A stretch of DNA of 64,000 nt from Candidatus Prevotella equi (GCA_018065145.1 JAGHTW010000067.1:3067-67066), one strand, 5' to 3'. Shown: positions 36,641 to 47,083, numbered from the stretch's first letter. Program-made: numbers and translations. The notes: generated by a model not told the origin, from the letters alone.

Positions 36641-39157
36641 TTATTTCGTTTCTATTGCTTTCCTCTTGCGGTATTGCATAGCGATAGATGCAATTACTGA
36701 CAATACCAAGAGCACGAGTGCTATGTATGCTATCGTCTCTGTTGTTGCTATGCTGGTAGGCTTGAATTCCAATACGACCTTATGAGCACCTGCGGGAACA
36801 TTTACCGCACGAAGAACGTAATTGACTCTTCCTAATTCTGTTGCCTTGCCGTCTATTGTTGCGGTCCATCCTGGATAATAAATCTCGGAGAATACGACAA
36901 TGCCGCCCGCTGATGAGTTTACGTCGTAGTGCAGTTCGTTAGGCTCGTAAGCTGTCATCGTAACAGAAGAACTGCTGTCTTGGACTGCTGTTTTGCCAAG
37001 AATGCTCTCGAACTTCTTATCTGCAACGGCTGTGTTGCGGAGGTTTATCTGTCCTACAGCATCTATTTCCTGGTTTGCATTCTCTACGTATTGTATGTCT
37101 GACACATACCAAGCATTACCCATAGCGTATGGATTAAGAATAGGTGTAGTCTTTCCACCCTGCAAAGGAAGGATGAGATATTTTGTGTTCAGCATGTTTA
37201 TCACAGGCATTACACTATCTCCGTTCACCTGTTGCATGTCACCCTGCGCTTGAGCGATTGCTGAGAATCCGTGTTGCATCTCAGGAGAGATATGTCTTTC
37301 GATAAGTTCTTGATAACGACGGAGTTTTGCTGCGTGGTAACCTCCTATAGACTTATGGAAATACGAAGTCTCGTTTTCGTTGAACGTGTTGCTCGCAAGG
37401 TTTAACACGCGATAGTCAAGAGACTCATCCTGTATGATTATCTGATCTGTCTCGGATGGCTCTATTGGTGCAGTGCGCAATGTATTGCTGACAAACATGT
37501 CGTCATTGAGGTAACGCTTGTTAACCTGCCACATGTCAAACAAGCAGATGACTGCAATAATTCCCACTGTTACCATAGCGTTGAGCTTCTTCATCTTGTA
37601 TGCGATGACGAGTGCCGTGCATACTGCGATGATGAAGAATGAGCGCCAACAGTCGGCAGTAAACGTAGCGATACGTATGCTTGTGAGGTTGCTGAGTAGT
37701 GGTTGCAACTGCTCCTGTGGTATTCCTGATAGTGCACGCAGTTCTGCCTGTGATACGAAACTGTCAAAGAATACTGTTGGCATGATTGCAAAGAGGGCAC
37801 AGATGCCTCCTGTCAGTGCGAAGCTTACGTAAAGCCAGTTTATTTTCTTTCCTTTGATGGTAGTGTTAAGGCATGATGGTTCATCAATAACCTTCTTCAA
37901 TGCCAGCATTCCGAGGAATGGGATGGTAAACTCTGCTATTACGAGTATTGATGCTACGGTACGGAATTTTGCGTACATTGGGAAATAATCGATGAAAAGG
38001 TCTGTAAACCACATCAGGTTATGTCCCCATGAAAGCATTATGCTGAGTATTGTAGCGGCAAGCATTGCCCATTTGATGGAACCTTTGACAATGAATAGTC
38101 CGAGGATGAAAAGCATGAGAACGAAGGCTCCTACATAAACAGGGCCGCTTGTTCCTGGTTGTTCTCCCCAGTATTGTCCCATCTGCTGATATATCTCCAT
38201 GTACATTGGATCGCCCTTTTCGCGTGCCGCTGCGCATTGACTGATGGCTGTCATTGACGAACCGCCTTTTGTGTTAGGCACCAAAAGGGTCCATGTCTCA
38301 TCAATGCCGTAGCTCCATTGCGTGATATAGTCGCGCTCAAGTCCGCTCGATGTCTGATTAGCCGTATTCGTCTTTACCAATTCGCTCTTGCCTCTCATGG
38401 ATTCATTCTGATACTGCCATGTGTGATAAAGGTTTGATACATTTACCAGTACGCCGAGAATGCCACCGATGAGACATACCAGTGATGCCTTGACAAAGTG
38501 CATCAACTGCTTCTTACGGATAGCATCAACAAAGAAACCGATGACGAGGAAACCGATGATAAAGAAGTAATAATATGTCATCTGCACGTGGTTGGCAAGT
38601 ATCTCAAATGCCGTAAAGATGCCGGTGACGGCAAGTCCGGCAAGATACTTTCCTCTATACGCAAGGAATATACCTGCCATCAGTGGAGGAAGGTAAGCCA
38701 AAGCCATAACCTTCCATATATGACCCGCAGCTATGATGATAAAGAAATAACTGCTGAATGCCCATACTATAGCTCCCAGCGATGCGAGATACCAACGGAA
38801 ATCAAATGCGCGGAGAAGGATGTAGAATCCCAAGAGGTAAGCGAATACGTACCATACGTTTTCTGGTAACCATAAATGATATGCGTTGATGACCTGCTTT
38901 ATGCTGCCAGTGCTCTCGTATGATGGAGCGCTCTGATAAGTAGGCATACCAGAGAAAGCTGCGTTTGTCCAACGCGTTGTTTCGCCAGTACGCTGAGAGA
39001 ACTCTTCTGCTTCGTGTCCCAAACCGCGTCCTGCTGATGAGTCATGGCGATAAAGGATGCGTCCTTCTGTGTCCGCAGGATAAAAGTATGCAAACGAGAT
39101 GACTGCAAAGAGCAGTACGATAAGGACATCGGGTAAAAATCTTTTTAATGTATTCAC
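36641..39157 (-). CDS. YfhO-family polytopic membrane protein (putative glycosyl-transfer/polymer-modification)
   Basis: 838 aa with more than 12 N-terminal TM helices, a large extracytoplasmic C-terminal domain and a terminal TM helix. Confidence 0.6.
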   Translation of the reverse strand: MNTLKRFLPDVLIVLLFAVISFAYFYPADTEGRILYRHDSSAGRGLGHEAEEFSQRTGETTRWTNAAFSGMPTYQSAPSYESTGSIKQVINAYHLWLPENVWYVFAYLLGFYILLRAFDFRWYLASLGAIVWAFSSYFFIIIAAGHIWKVMALAYLPPLMAGIFLAYRGKYLAGLAVTGIFTAFEILANHVQMTYYYFFIIGFLVIGFFVDAIRKKQLMHFVKASLVCLIGGILGVLVNVSNLYHTWQYQNESMRGKSELVKTNTANQTSSGLERDYITQWSYGIDETWTLLVPNTKGGSSMTAISQCAAAREKGDPMYMEIYQQMGQYWGEQPGTSGPVYVGAFVLMLFILGLFIVKGSIKWAMLAATILSIMLSWGHNLMWFTDLFIDYFPMYAKFRTVASILVIAEFTIPFLGMLALKKVIDEPSCLNTTIKGKKINWLYVSFALTGGICALFAIMPTVFFDSFVSQAELRALSGIPQEQLQPLLSNLTSIRIATFTADCWRSFFIIAVCTALVIAYKMKKLNAMVTVGIIAVICLFDMWQVNKRYLNDDMFVSNTLRTAPIEPSETDQIIIQDESLDYRVLNLASNTFNENETSYFHKSIGGYHAAKLRRYQELIERHISPEMQHGFSAIAQAQGDMQQVNGDSVMPVINMLNTKYLILPLQGGKTTPILNPYAMGNAWYVSDIQYVENANQEIDAVGQINLRNTAVADKKFESILGKTAVQDSSSSVTMTAYEPNELHYDVNSSAGGIVVFSEIYYPGWTATIDGKATELGRVNYVLRAVNVPAGAHKVVLEFKPTSIATTETIAYIALVLLVLSVIASIAMQYRKRKAIETK

Positions 39158-39212
39158 GTCTTTGTTTTCTTGTCTTTTGGTTGTTTTTTAATCGTACTTT
39201 GTTATTGTGCCG

Positions 39213-39220
39213 CAAAATTA
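39213..39220 (-). promoter_or_regulatory. -7 promoter box (TAATTTTG) for the YfhO-GH140-fabG-chorismatase-like operon
   Basis: caaaatta on the plus strand, about 56 nt upstream of the ATG at 39157. Confidence 0.45.
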
Positions 39221-39400
39221 CAACTTTTTTTCCTAATAATCACATATTTTATGTATTTTTTATCATCCTATTAATTAATAAATAATGTTTGCGCGTGGAA
39301 GCGGAAAGCTGTGTGCGGTAACAAAATTGATATTTGTCAAGAAATGTAAAAATCAATGCTTATATTGTATAAAAACTTTGTCCAATTCAAACGTTTCTAT

Positions 39401-39408
39401 TAATTTTG
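39401..39408 (+). promoter_or_regulatory. -7 promoter box (TAATTTTG) for the OmpA gene
   Basis: Exact match about 96 nt upstream of the ATG at 39504. Confidence 0.5.
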
Positions 39409-39503
39409 CACTCAAATTATCGAAGTGAGCAAAGATTATGCTCATAACATGTGATTTTAAAGCAAAGATTTAATTAACAACATTTTTATTATTTTTTAAA
39501 AAC

Positions 39504-40655
39504 ATGAAAAAGATCGCAATGTTTATCGCAGCTGCTGCTATCGCAGTATCTGCAAGCGCTCAGAAGACTGTTGTAACATCTTCTAAGGCAGGTGACAATT
39601 GGTACATCGGTGTTAACGCTGGTGCTCAGTCAGACAAGAGCTTCGAGAAGTACGCTCCTACACTCGCTGTACGTGCAGGTAAGAACTTCACAACTGTATT
39701 TGGCGTAGCTTTCGAGGGTGAGGCTGGTTTCAACACTCACACTGTAGAGTGCCGTCCATACGCTAACATCCTTACAAACGTTGACGTAAACGTTCTCGGT
39801 ACTGCAAACCTTATGAACCTCTTCGCAGGTTACAAGGGTGAGCCACGTGCATTTGAGGTAACTGCTCTCGGTGGTTTCGGTTGGGGTCACGGTTTCGTAG
39901 CTAACCTTTCTGACAAGGCTCTCAACGCTCTTACTTCAAAGGTAGCTCTCGACTTCGCTTACAACCTCGGTTCTGACAAGCAGTGGCAGATCTACATTGA
40001 GCCAAGCGTAAACTTCGCTCTCGCTTACAACGAGTTGATGCCAGCTGCTGACATCCAGTACGACATCAACCGTGCTAAGTTCGGTCTTAAGGCTGGTTTC
40101 AACTACAAGTTCGGTAACTCTAACGGCAAGCACAACTTCGCTATCGAGCAGCTCCGCGACCAGGCTGAGATCGACGCTCTCAACGCTAAGATCAATGAGG
40201 CTCAGGCTGCTGCTGACGCTGCAAAGAAGGCAGTTGCTGCTAAGGACGCTAAGATCGCTGAGCTCCAGAAGGCTCTCACAGAGTGTCAGAACAAGCCAGC
40301 TCCTGCTCCAGTAGTAGAGAAGAAGGCTGCTAACCTCCAGCCATCAGTAGTATTCGGTCAGGGTAAGTCAGTTGTTGAGAAGTCTCAGATGGCTAACGTT
40401 AACATGATCGCTAACTACATGAAGCAGCACCCAGAAGCAAAGGTTAAGATCTCAGGTTATGCTTCACCAGAAGGCAACGCTGAGCTCAACCAGAAGCTCT
40501 CTGAGAAGCGTGCTGAGGCTGTTAAGAACATCCTCGTTAAGCAGTACAAGATTAAGGCTGACCGTCTTGAGACTGAGGGTCTTGGCGCTACAGACAAGCT
40601 CTTCGACGAGGTTGAGTTCAACCGCGTAGCTCTCTTCAACGACACAAACAAGTAA
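39504..40655 (+). CDS. OmpA family outer-membrane protein (barrel + Ala-rich coiled coil + OmpA-C domain)
   Basis: A signal peptide, beta-barrel N-terminal half and 'AEIDALNAKINEAQAAADAAKKAVAAKDAKIAELQKAL'. The C-terminus is 'KISGYASPEGNAELNQKLSEKRAEAV'. Codon usage is very biased, a strong promoter box precedes the gene and a terminator follows it. Confidence 0.9.
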   Translation: MKKIAMFIAAAAIAVSASAQKTVVTSSKAGDNWYIGVNAGAQSDKSFEKYAPTLAVRAGKNFTTVFGVAFEGEAGFNTHTVECRPYANILTNVDVNVLGTANLMNLFAGYKGEPRAFEVTALGGFGWGHGFVANLSDKALNALTSKVALDFAYNLGSDKQWQIYIEPSVNFALAYNELMPAADIQYDINRAKFGLKAGFNYKFGNSNGKHNFAIEQLRDQAEIDALNAKINEAQAAADAAKKAVAAKDAKIAELQKALTECQNKPAPAPVVEKKAANLQPSVVFGQGKSVVEKSQMANVNMIANYMKQHPEAKVKISGYASPEGNAELNQKLSEKRAEAVKNILVKQYKIKADRLETEGLGATDKLFDEVEFNRVALFNDTNK

Positions 40656-40724
40656 TCTCGATTACTGATTAACGTCGGTTCGAAAGAACTAAAAATTAGA
40701 TAAAGTAATTTATCGACAATACAC

Positions 40725-40761
40725 GACCCCTTGGAGATTATCTTCAAGGGGTCTTTTTTTT
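40725..40761 (+). terminator. rho-independent terminator after the OmpA gene
   Basis: gaccccttg / caaggggtc forms a 9-bp stem followed by T8. Confidence 0.85.
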
Positions 40762-40774
40762 GATATGATTTTCT

Positions 40775-41677
40775 ATGAGTAAGATAATAGGAATAGGCGA
40801 GACGATACTTGATATCATATTCAAGAATGATCAGCCTTTGAAAGCTGTGCCAGGCGGTTCTACTTTTAATGCGTTGATATCTATTGGTAGAACGGGAACT
40901 CCATGCGTTATGGTGACAGAGACAGGCGATGATCATGTTGGGGATATTATATCGTCCTTCCTAAAGGAAAACAACGTGTCCGCAGACTTTGTCTATAGAC
41001 ATGCGGGAACACAGTCGCATGTATCTCTCGCATTTCTCAACGAGCGCAATGATGCCCAGTATTCGTTCTATAAACATCATGGTGCGCTTGCTATGCCTGA
41101 GGCTATGCCTGAGGTTAACGAGGGAGATGTCGTGATATATGGTTCCTTCTATGCTATCAATCCTGTTATACGTGACTATACACGTCGTTTCTTGCGTATG
41201 GCAAAGGATAAGGGTGCCATACTCTATTATGACATAAATTTCCGTGCCTCTCATATAAAGGACCTTCCAGATACGATGGGGAATATCATCGAGAACATTC
41301 AGCTGGCGACGATAGTAAGAGGTTCTTCAGAAGATTTCTCTGTACTCTTTGGTTGCGATGATGTGGATGAGGTTTATTCCAAGTATATAGCTCCGCACTG
41401 TCCTTTGTTCATATACACTAATGCCGACAAACCGGTGCAGTTGCGAACTCCTTCGTATAATGCCGAATATCCTGCAAAGCCGATAGAGACAGTAAGTACA
41501 ATTGGTGCAGGAGATAACTTCAATGCAGGTTTCTGCTATGCTGTATATAAAGAAGGATTGTCTGACCTTAGCGCACTAACAGAACAGCAGTGGGCTCGTT
41601 TGATAGCCAAAGGGCAGGAGTTCTCTTCTGAGGTATGTCAGAGTCTGGATAACTATATTGCTGTGAGAAAACAATGA
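40775..41677 (+). CDS. PfkB-family carbohydrate kinase (fructokinase-like)
   Basis: 300 aa. 'IGIGETILDIIF...VPGGSTFNA' and the C-terminal 'TIGAGDNFNAG' PfkB signature. Confidence 0.8.
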   Translation: MSKIIGIGETILDIIFKNDQPLKAVPGGSTFNALISIGRTGTPCVMVTETGDDHVGDIISSFLKENNVSADFVYRHAGTQSHVSLAFLNERNDAQYSFYKHHGALAMPEAMPEVNEGDVVIYGSFYAINPVIRDYTRRFLRMAKDKGAILYYDINFRASHIKDLPDTMGNIIENIQLATIVRGSSEDFSVLFGCDDVDEVYSKYIAPHCPLFIYTNADKPVQLRTPSYNAEYPAKPIETVSTIGAGDNFNAGFCYAVYKEGLSDLSALTEQQWARLIAKGQEFSSEVCQSLDNYIAVRKQ

Positions 41678-41679
41678 AA

Positions 41680-41707
41680 ATGCCGCGATGGGATTCCATC
41701 GCGGCAT
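41680..41707. terminator. bidirectional terminator between the kinase and MFS genes
   Basis: Perfect 12-bp stem atgccgcgatgg / ccatcgcggcat with a 4-nt loop, flanked by A and T residues. The flanking genes are convergent. Confidence 0.8.
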
Positions 41708-41734
41708 TTATTATATAATATGTATAGTGGGCTA

Positions 41735-43141
41735 TTACTTAACCACTACTGGCTTGTACTTAGGAACGAGTGCCTTCATGACAACCCATCCGATGAGGTA
41801 TGCAACGGCACAGATGCAGAAGATAATCATATATCCTGCAGGCTTGCCTTCGAAGCCCATGAATGAGAATGCGCTACCCTGTTCAGCAGCGTATGTGAAG
41901 AGTACGCCAGAACCCTTGTTGATAAGCATTGAACCGAGACCACCAGCAGCAGCACCGATACCTGTGATAGTAGCAACAGCGCTCTTTGGGAACATGTCTG
42001 ATACGGTAGAGAAGATGTTTGCAGACCATGCCTGGTGTCCAGCACCTACGAGACCGATGATGATAGCAGGCCACCATGCGCTATACTGTCCCATTGGCTG
42101 TGCGAAGAGGGCGAGCACTGGGAAGAAAGCGAAGATAAGCATAGCGAGCATACGTCCCTGATATGGGTTCATACCCTTCTTCTCAACGAAGAGTTTTGGC
42201 AGATAACCACCGAACATAGACAGTACGGTAACGATAGCGTAGAGTGTGAAGATGAGTGAGATACCCATTGGAGAGTCTGATGTGTAACCGAACTGGTCAG
42301 AGAAATAAGCTGGAGCCCAGAAGAGAAAGAACCACCATACACCGTCAGTCATGAACTTACCGAATGCGAAAGACCATGTCTGTCTGTGGCTGAATGCCTC
42401 TGCGTAGCTCATCTGCTTCTCTTCTACCTCAACCTCAGCAGCCTTCTCTGTCTCTTCGTCCTGGTTCATGTAGTTCAGCTCAGCCTCATTGACGAACTTA
42501 GACTTAGCAGGAGCGTCATAGATGAATACCCATATACCAGCCCAGATAAATCCGAGTACACCGATGATGATGAATGCCATTTCCCAACCCATAGCCTTAG
42601 CGAGGAGAGGAATAGTCATTGGAGCAGCGAGAGCGCCTACTGATGCACCAGAGTTGAAGATAGAAGTAGCGAATGCGCGGTCCTTCTTTGGGAAATACTC
42701 TGCTGTCACCTTGATAGCAGCAGGGAAGTTACCAGCCTCACCAGCAGCGAGGATACAGCGGCAAGCGAGGAAAGCGTACATACTGATAGTTGCTATCATA
42801 ACACCAGTAGCACCCATAACCTTCAGTGTGAACCATCCGCATCCTGCGTGCATTACAGCACCGAGAGACCATATCACGATAGCCCAGAAGTAACCCTTCT
42901 TTGTGCCCATGAAGTCAACGAACTTACCAGCAAAGATATTTGCTACAAGATAGAAGAATGAGAATGCTGCGGTGATAGTACCGTAGATGTCGTCATTCCA
43001 ATCAAACTCTGGAGAGATGAAGTCCTTCCATGTAAGCGAGAGAACCTGTCTGTCCATGTAATTCACTGTTGTTGCGAAGAAAAGCATCGCACACATGACC
43101 CAACGCCAGTTGGTCATTTTGTTTGTAGTTACAGAACTCAT
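41735..43141 (-). CDS. MFS transporter, hexuronate (ExuT)-like
   Basis: 468 aa. 'WRWVMCAMLFFATTVNYMDRQVLSL' and 12 TM helices. It is a paralogue of the next gene. Confidence 0.75.
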   Translation of the reverse strand: MSSVTTNKMTNWRWVMCAMLFFATTVNYMDRQVLSLTWKDFISPEFDWNDDIYGTITAAFSFFYLVANIFAGKFVDFMGTKKGYFWAIVIWSLGAVMHAGCGWFTLKVMGATGVMIATISMYAFLACRCILAAGEAGNFPAAIKVTAEYFPKKDRAFATSIFNSGASVGALAAPMTIPLLAKAMGWEMAFIIIGVLGFIWAGIWVFIYDAPAKSKFVNEAELNYMNQDEETEKAAEVEVEEKQMSYAEAFSHRQTWSFAFGKFMTDGVWWFFLFWAPAYFSDQFGYTSDSPMGISLIFTLYAIVTVLSMFGGYLPKLFVEKKGMNPYQGRMLAMLIFAFFPVLALFAQPMGQYSAWWPAIIIGLVGAGHQAWSANIFSTVSDMFPKSAVATITGIGAAAGGLGSMLINKGSGVLFTYAAEQGSAFSFMGFEGKPAGYMIIFCICAVAYLIGWVVMKALVPKYKPVVVK

Positions 43142-43190
43142 AATAGTTTAAATTTTATTGATTTAATATATATAGTTTTTTCAAAAATAG

Positions 43191-44645
43191 TTAATTCTCG
43201 ATAGGTTTACCGTCAGGCACAAGCGATTTCATTATTGCCCATCCTATAAGGTAAGCGAAAGCAAAGCAGCAGAATACCAGCATGTAGGCGCCCTGCTTGC
43301 CAGAATGTCCCATGACGGAGAATGCATTTCCTGCTTTCTCGGCATAATTGAGCAGCGAGCTGGTCTGCTTCATTACCAAGAATGATGATAGACCACCTGC
43401 AAATCCTGATACGCCCGTTATGGTAGCAACGGAGTTCTTAGGGAAGAAGTCACCCACCATGGCAAAAAGGTTTGCTGACCAACTCTGGTGCGAAGCTGCT
43501 TGCAGTCCGATTACGAGAACCAGCATCCATGGTGATATATTACTTAAAGGTATGGTGAATATTCCTACCAACTGAACCGATGCGAATATCAGCATCGTTC
43601 TCATTCTTCCAGCGTAAGGATCCAAGCCTAATTTGTTGACAAACAATGTAGGCATGTAGCCACCGAGTATGGAGAGCATAGATATAAGGTATATTACGAA
43701 TATCATAGCCATGCCCATAGCAGAGTCTGATGTGTAGGCATAGAACTCAGAGATATATACCGGAGTCCAGAAGAGGAAGAACCACCATGCACCGTCAGTC
43801 AGGAACTTACCGAAGCACAGTGCCCATGTCTGTCTGTAGCGCCAGCAGTTCAACAATCCTATGCGTTTACTCTTTGTCGTTCCCTCTGTTCCCTCTAGGC
43901 TATCCTCGTCCTGCTGTATATAGTTCAGCTCTGCGACGTTCACATAATGGTTGTTTGAAGGTTTGTAATACGACAGCATCCATGCTAGCACCCATGCATA
44001 ACCTACGGTACCAACGACGATGAATGCCATTTCCCAACCAAAGAATTTCGCAAGTGTCGGTATAGTGATAGGAGCAAACAGCGCACCTACCGACGCACCA
44101 GTGTTGAAAAGGGATATGGCAAACGCTCTATCCTTCTTTGGAAAGAATGCCGTTGTAACGCTTATTGCTGCAGGGAAGTTTGCCGACTGTCCTATTGACA
44201 GAATCACTCTGCATGCCATAAACAACCATACGCTTGTTGATGTTATGGCAAGTCCCACGATACCGTGGTCGTGCAGTGCCTCTTTTGCGTCATAATAGTT
44301 GATGAACCATTCGCCAGTAAGGAGTCCCGATGTTATGATACCGCAGAATCCGTGCAGGATGGCGCCGAAACTCCAGATGCACATTGCCCAGATATAGCCC
44401 CTTCGTGCACCAATGATATCCACCAATCGTCCTGCCACCAGCATGGCAATGGCGTAAATAATCGAGAACAATGCCGTTATCTCGCCATATTCCTTGTCGC
44501 CCCATGCAAATTCCGGTGCGATAAAGTCCTTCCATGTCAGCGAAAGCACCTGTCTGTCCATATAGTTTATCGTGGTAGCCAAGAACAGCATGCCACAGAC
44601 AAACCATCTGTAGTTAGACATTTTCGTTGTTTGAATAGGACTCAT
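43191..44645 (-). CDS. MFS transporter, hexuronate (ExuT)-like, tandem paralogue
   Basis: 484 aa. 'YRWFVCGMLFLATTINYMDRQVLSLTWKDFIAPEF' is colinear with the neighbouring transporter. Confidence 0.75.
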   Translation of the reverse strand: MSPIQTTKMSNYRWFVCGMLFLATTINYMDRQVLSLTWKDFIAPEFAWGDKEYGEITALFSIIYAIAMLVAGRLVDIIGARRGYIWAMCIWSFGAILHGFCGIITSGLLTGEWFINYYDAKEALHDHGIVGLAITSTSVWLFMACRVILSIGQSANFPAAISVTTAFFPKKDRAFAISLFNTGASVGALFAPITIPTLAKFFGWEMAFIVVGTVGYAWVLAWMLSYYKPSNNHYVNVAELNYIQQDEDSLEGTEGTTKSKRIGLLNCWRYRQTWALCFGKFLTDGAWWFFLFWTPVYISEFYAYTSDSAMGMAMIFVIYLISMLSILGGYMPTLFVNKLGLDPYAGRMRTMLIFASVQLVGIFTIPLSNISPWMLVLVIGLQAASHQSWSANLFAMVGDFFPKNSVATITGVSGFAGGLSSFLVMKQTSSLLNYAEKAGNAFSVMGHSGKQGAYMLVFCCFAFAYLIGWAIMKSLVPDGKPIEN

Positions 44646-44684
44646 TTTTTATAGTTTAGACTTAGAGTTGATAAATCTTCCATG

Positions 44685-44692
44685 CAAAGATA
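44685..44692 (-). promoter_or_regulatory. -7 promoter box (TATCTTTG) for the tandem MFS transporter genes
   Basis: caaagata on the plus strand, 40 nt upstream of the ATG at 44645. Confidence 0.45.
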
Positions 44693-44779
44693 ATAATAAA
44701 TAAGGAGAAAACCGCAACAAAAACTATATTATTAAGATTTGTTAACTATAAAATTGGTCAATTTTACTGCAAAAAGTGC

Positions 44780-44787
44780 TACCTTTG
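44780..44787 (+). promoter_or_regulatory. -7 promoter box (TACCTTTG) for the PL11-like lyase gene
   Basis: Exact TAnnTTTG match about 100 nt upstream of the ATG at 44889. Confidence 0.45.
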
Positions 44788-44888
44788 CTCGCAAACCGCT
44801 TTTAAACCTAATTTTATGTTAATACGTCACAAAAATAGTGAACCGTATCTACGACCGTAAAATACAAACAAGAAAAAACTATAAAACT

Positions 44889-47060
44889 ATGAAACGATTA
44901 CTAACAATCCTACTTGTGGCTACTGTGTCTTTGCTATCCTATGCACAGACCTATATAGAGTCACTGTCCCGTGGTGTTGTTGCCGTTCCGAGTGAGAATG
45001 GAAACTTCATCAGTTGGCGACTTCTTGCCACCGATGCCCCTGGCACCACCTTCAATCTTATGCGTGATGGCGAGACAATAGCCAGCAATTTGTCAACGGT
45101 CACCTGTTACACCGACGCTCAAGGCACCAAAGACAGCCGTTATTGTGTGCAGACACTTGTTGGCGGCAGTGTGGAAGAAACCAGTGACGAGGTTGGTGTT
45201 TGGGCGCAGCCATACCTTTCTGTGCCGCTGATTCGTCCGGTAGATGTAGAGATGCCTGACGGAAAAACGTGCTCCTACAGTCCTAATGACTGTTCTGCGG
45301 GCGATGTTGACGGCGATGGTGATTATGAGATAATCCTCAAGTGGGACCCAAGCAATGCCCATGACAACTCACATAATGGCTATTCCGGCAATGTATATCT
45401 TGACTGTTACAAGATGGAAGGCGTACTGATGTGGCGTATAGACCTTGGCAAGAACATCCGTGCAGGAGCACATTACACGCAGTTTATGGTCTATGACCTC
45501 GACGGTGACGGCAGGGCAGAGGTTGTTTGCAAGACAGCGCCGGGAGCAAAAGACGGCAAAGGCGATTATGTCACCGCTGCTGCAGATATTGACGAGATAA
45601 AGAATGCCGACAACAATGCCGACTATCGAAACAAGAACGGCCATGTGTTGAACGGTCCAGAGTATCTGACAGTCTTCAGCGGTAAGGACGGTCACGCTAT
45701 CCACACCGTTTTCTATAATCCTAACCGTGCCTTTGGTGTCGGCGGAGCACCAGAATACGCAACGGAAACATGGGGTGACCATGGTCCGGGCAATAGAGGA
45801 GAGCGCTACCTTGCTTGCGTGGCTTTCCTCGGAGGCAAGCAGGCTAATCCTTCTGTTGTGATGTGCCGTGGATACTATACTCGCTCTTATCTGTGGGCAG
45901 TGGATTTCGATGGCAAGAAACTCAAGACACGTTGGCTCCATGCAAGTATTTCCCGCAAGGAATGGATGGTGACCGATGGTGAAGGAAAGACGCTGAAGTC
46001 AGCGCAGGACCTCAAGGCAACGGCCTACGGACAGGGCGCTCATAGCATTGCCGTTGCTGATGTTGACGGTGATGGATGCGACGAGATAACATACGGTTCT
46101 GCTGCCATTGACCATGATGGCTCATTGCTTTACAGCACTGGTCTTGGTCATGGAGATGCACAACACCTCGGCGACCTTGACCCGGACAGACCAGGACTGG
46201 AATACTATATGGTGCATGAGGAACGCCCATACGGTGCAGATCTTCGTGATGCACGTACAGGAGAGATTATCTTCCATGTCACAGATAAGCAGGATACAGG
46301 ACGTGGTGTCAGTGCAGACATTGACGGAATACACCGAGGAAGTGAGATGTGGTGCTCTGCATCAAAGACCATTTACGATGTAAAGGGAAATGTCATAAAG
46401 CAAACCGAGGCATGGACACCGCAGAACTTCCGAATCTATTGGGACGGCGATTTACAGGATGAGCTTGTCGGTAATGGCGGACGCGGTCAGGCTCCTGGTA
46501 CTATGGGACCATCAATAGACGGAAACCGTGGACAGAGAGGTCTGGGCGATGGACAGTTCCAGCGCGGACAGGGAGGTCCACGCGGTATGAACTTCGGTCA
46601 GATGACACAGGCTCAGAGAGATTCGCTCCGTCAGGTGTTTGAGAGAATGACACCAGAGCAGCGCGACTCCATGATGCGTCATAATCGTCAGCAGATGTTC
46701 AACAGGTCACGTCAGGCGTATTACATCGCCAAGTGGAACGGCGAAGGCTGTGACCATGTGCTCATTAATGGCAAGGATCTCAGCGACTACGGCACTTCTT
46801 CGTCATGTAACGGCACAAAGGCAACTCCTTGCCTGCAGGCAGACCTCTTCGGTGACTGGCGTGAGGAAATCATTCTCTTTGATGCCAACGACCGTTCGCA
46901 CCTGAATATCTTCACTACAAATATCCCAACGCAGTACCGTGTGCCAACATTGATGCACGATCATGTCTATAGAATGGGCATCGTATGGCAGAATGTGTCA
47001 TACAACCAGCCACCACACCTCGGATATTACCTGCCAGACCTCTTCAAACAAGAGAAATAA
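44889..47060 (+). CDS. rhamnogalacturonan lyase, PL11-like beta-propeller
   Basis: Signal peptide MKRLLTILLVATVSLLSYAQ. Repeated Ca-binding 'DVDGDGDYEI', 'DLDGDGRAEV' and 'DVDGDGCDEI' blades, plus 'RIYWDGDLQDEL'. It contains a low-complexity insertion at 46477-46715. Confidence 0.7.
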   Translation: MKRLLTILLVATVSLLSYAQTYIESLSRGVVAVPSENGNFISWRLLATDAPGTTFNLMRDGETIASNLSTVTCYTDAQGTKDSRYCVQTLVGGSVEETSDEVGVWAQPYLSVPLIRPVDVEMPDGKTCSYSPNDCSAGDVDGDGDYEIILKWDPSNAHDNSHNGYSGNVYLDCYKMEGVLMWRIDLGKNIRAGAHYTQFMVYDLDGDGRAEVVCKTAPGAKDGKGDYVTAAADIDEIKNADNNADYRNKNGHVLNGPEYLTVFSGKDGHAIHTVFYNPNRAFGVGGAPEYATETWGDHGPGNRGERYLACVAFLGGKQANPSVVMCRGYYTRSYLWAVDFDGKKLKTRWLHASISRKEWMVTDGEGKTLKSAQDLKATAYGQGAHSIAVADVDGDGCDEITYGSAAIDHDGSLLYSTGLGHGDAQHLGDLDPDRPGLEYYMVHEERPYGADLRDARTGEIIFHVTDKQDTGRGVSADIDGIHRGSEMWCSASKTIYDVKGNVIKQTEAWTPQNFRIYWDGDLQDELVGNGGRGQAPGTMGPSIDGNRGQRGLGDGQFQRGQGGPRGMNFGQMTQAQRDSLRQVFERMTPEQRDSMMRHNRQQMFNRSRQAYYIAKWNGEGCDHVLINGKDLSDYGTSSSCNGTKATPCLQADLFGDWREEIILFDANDRSHLNIFTTNIPTQYRVPTLMHDHVYRMGIVWQNVSYNQPPHLGYYLPDLFKQEK

Positions 47061-47083
47061 ACTTATGGCGTGAAACAAAAATT

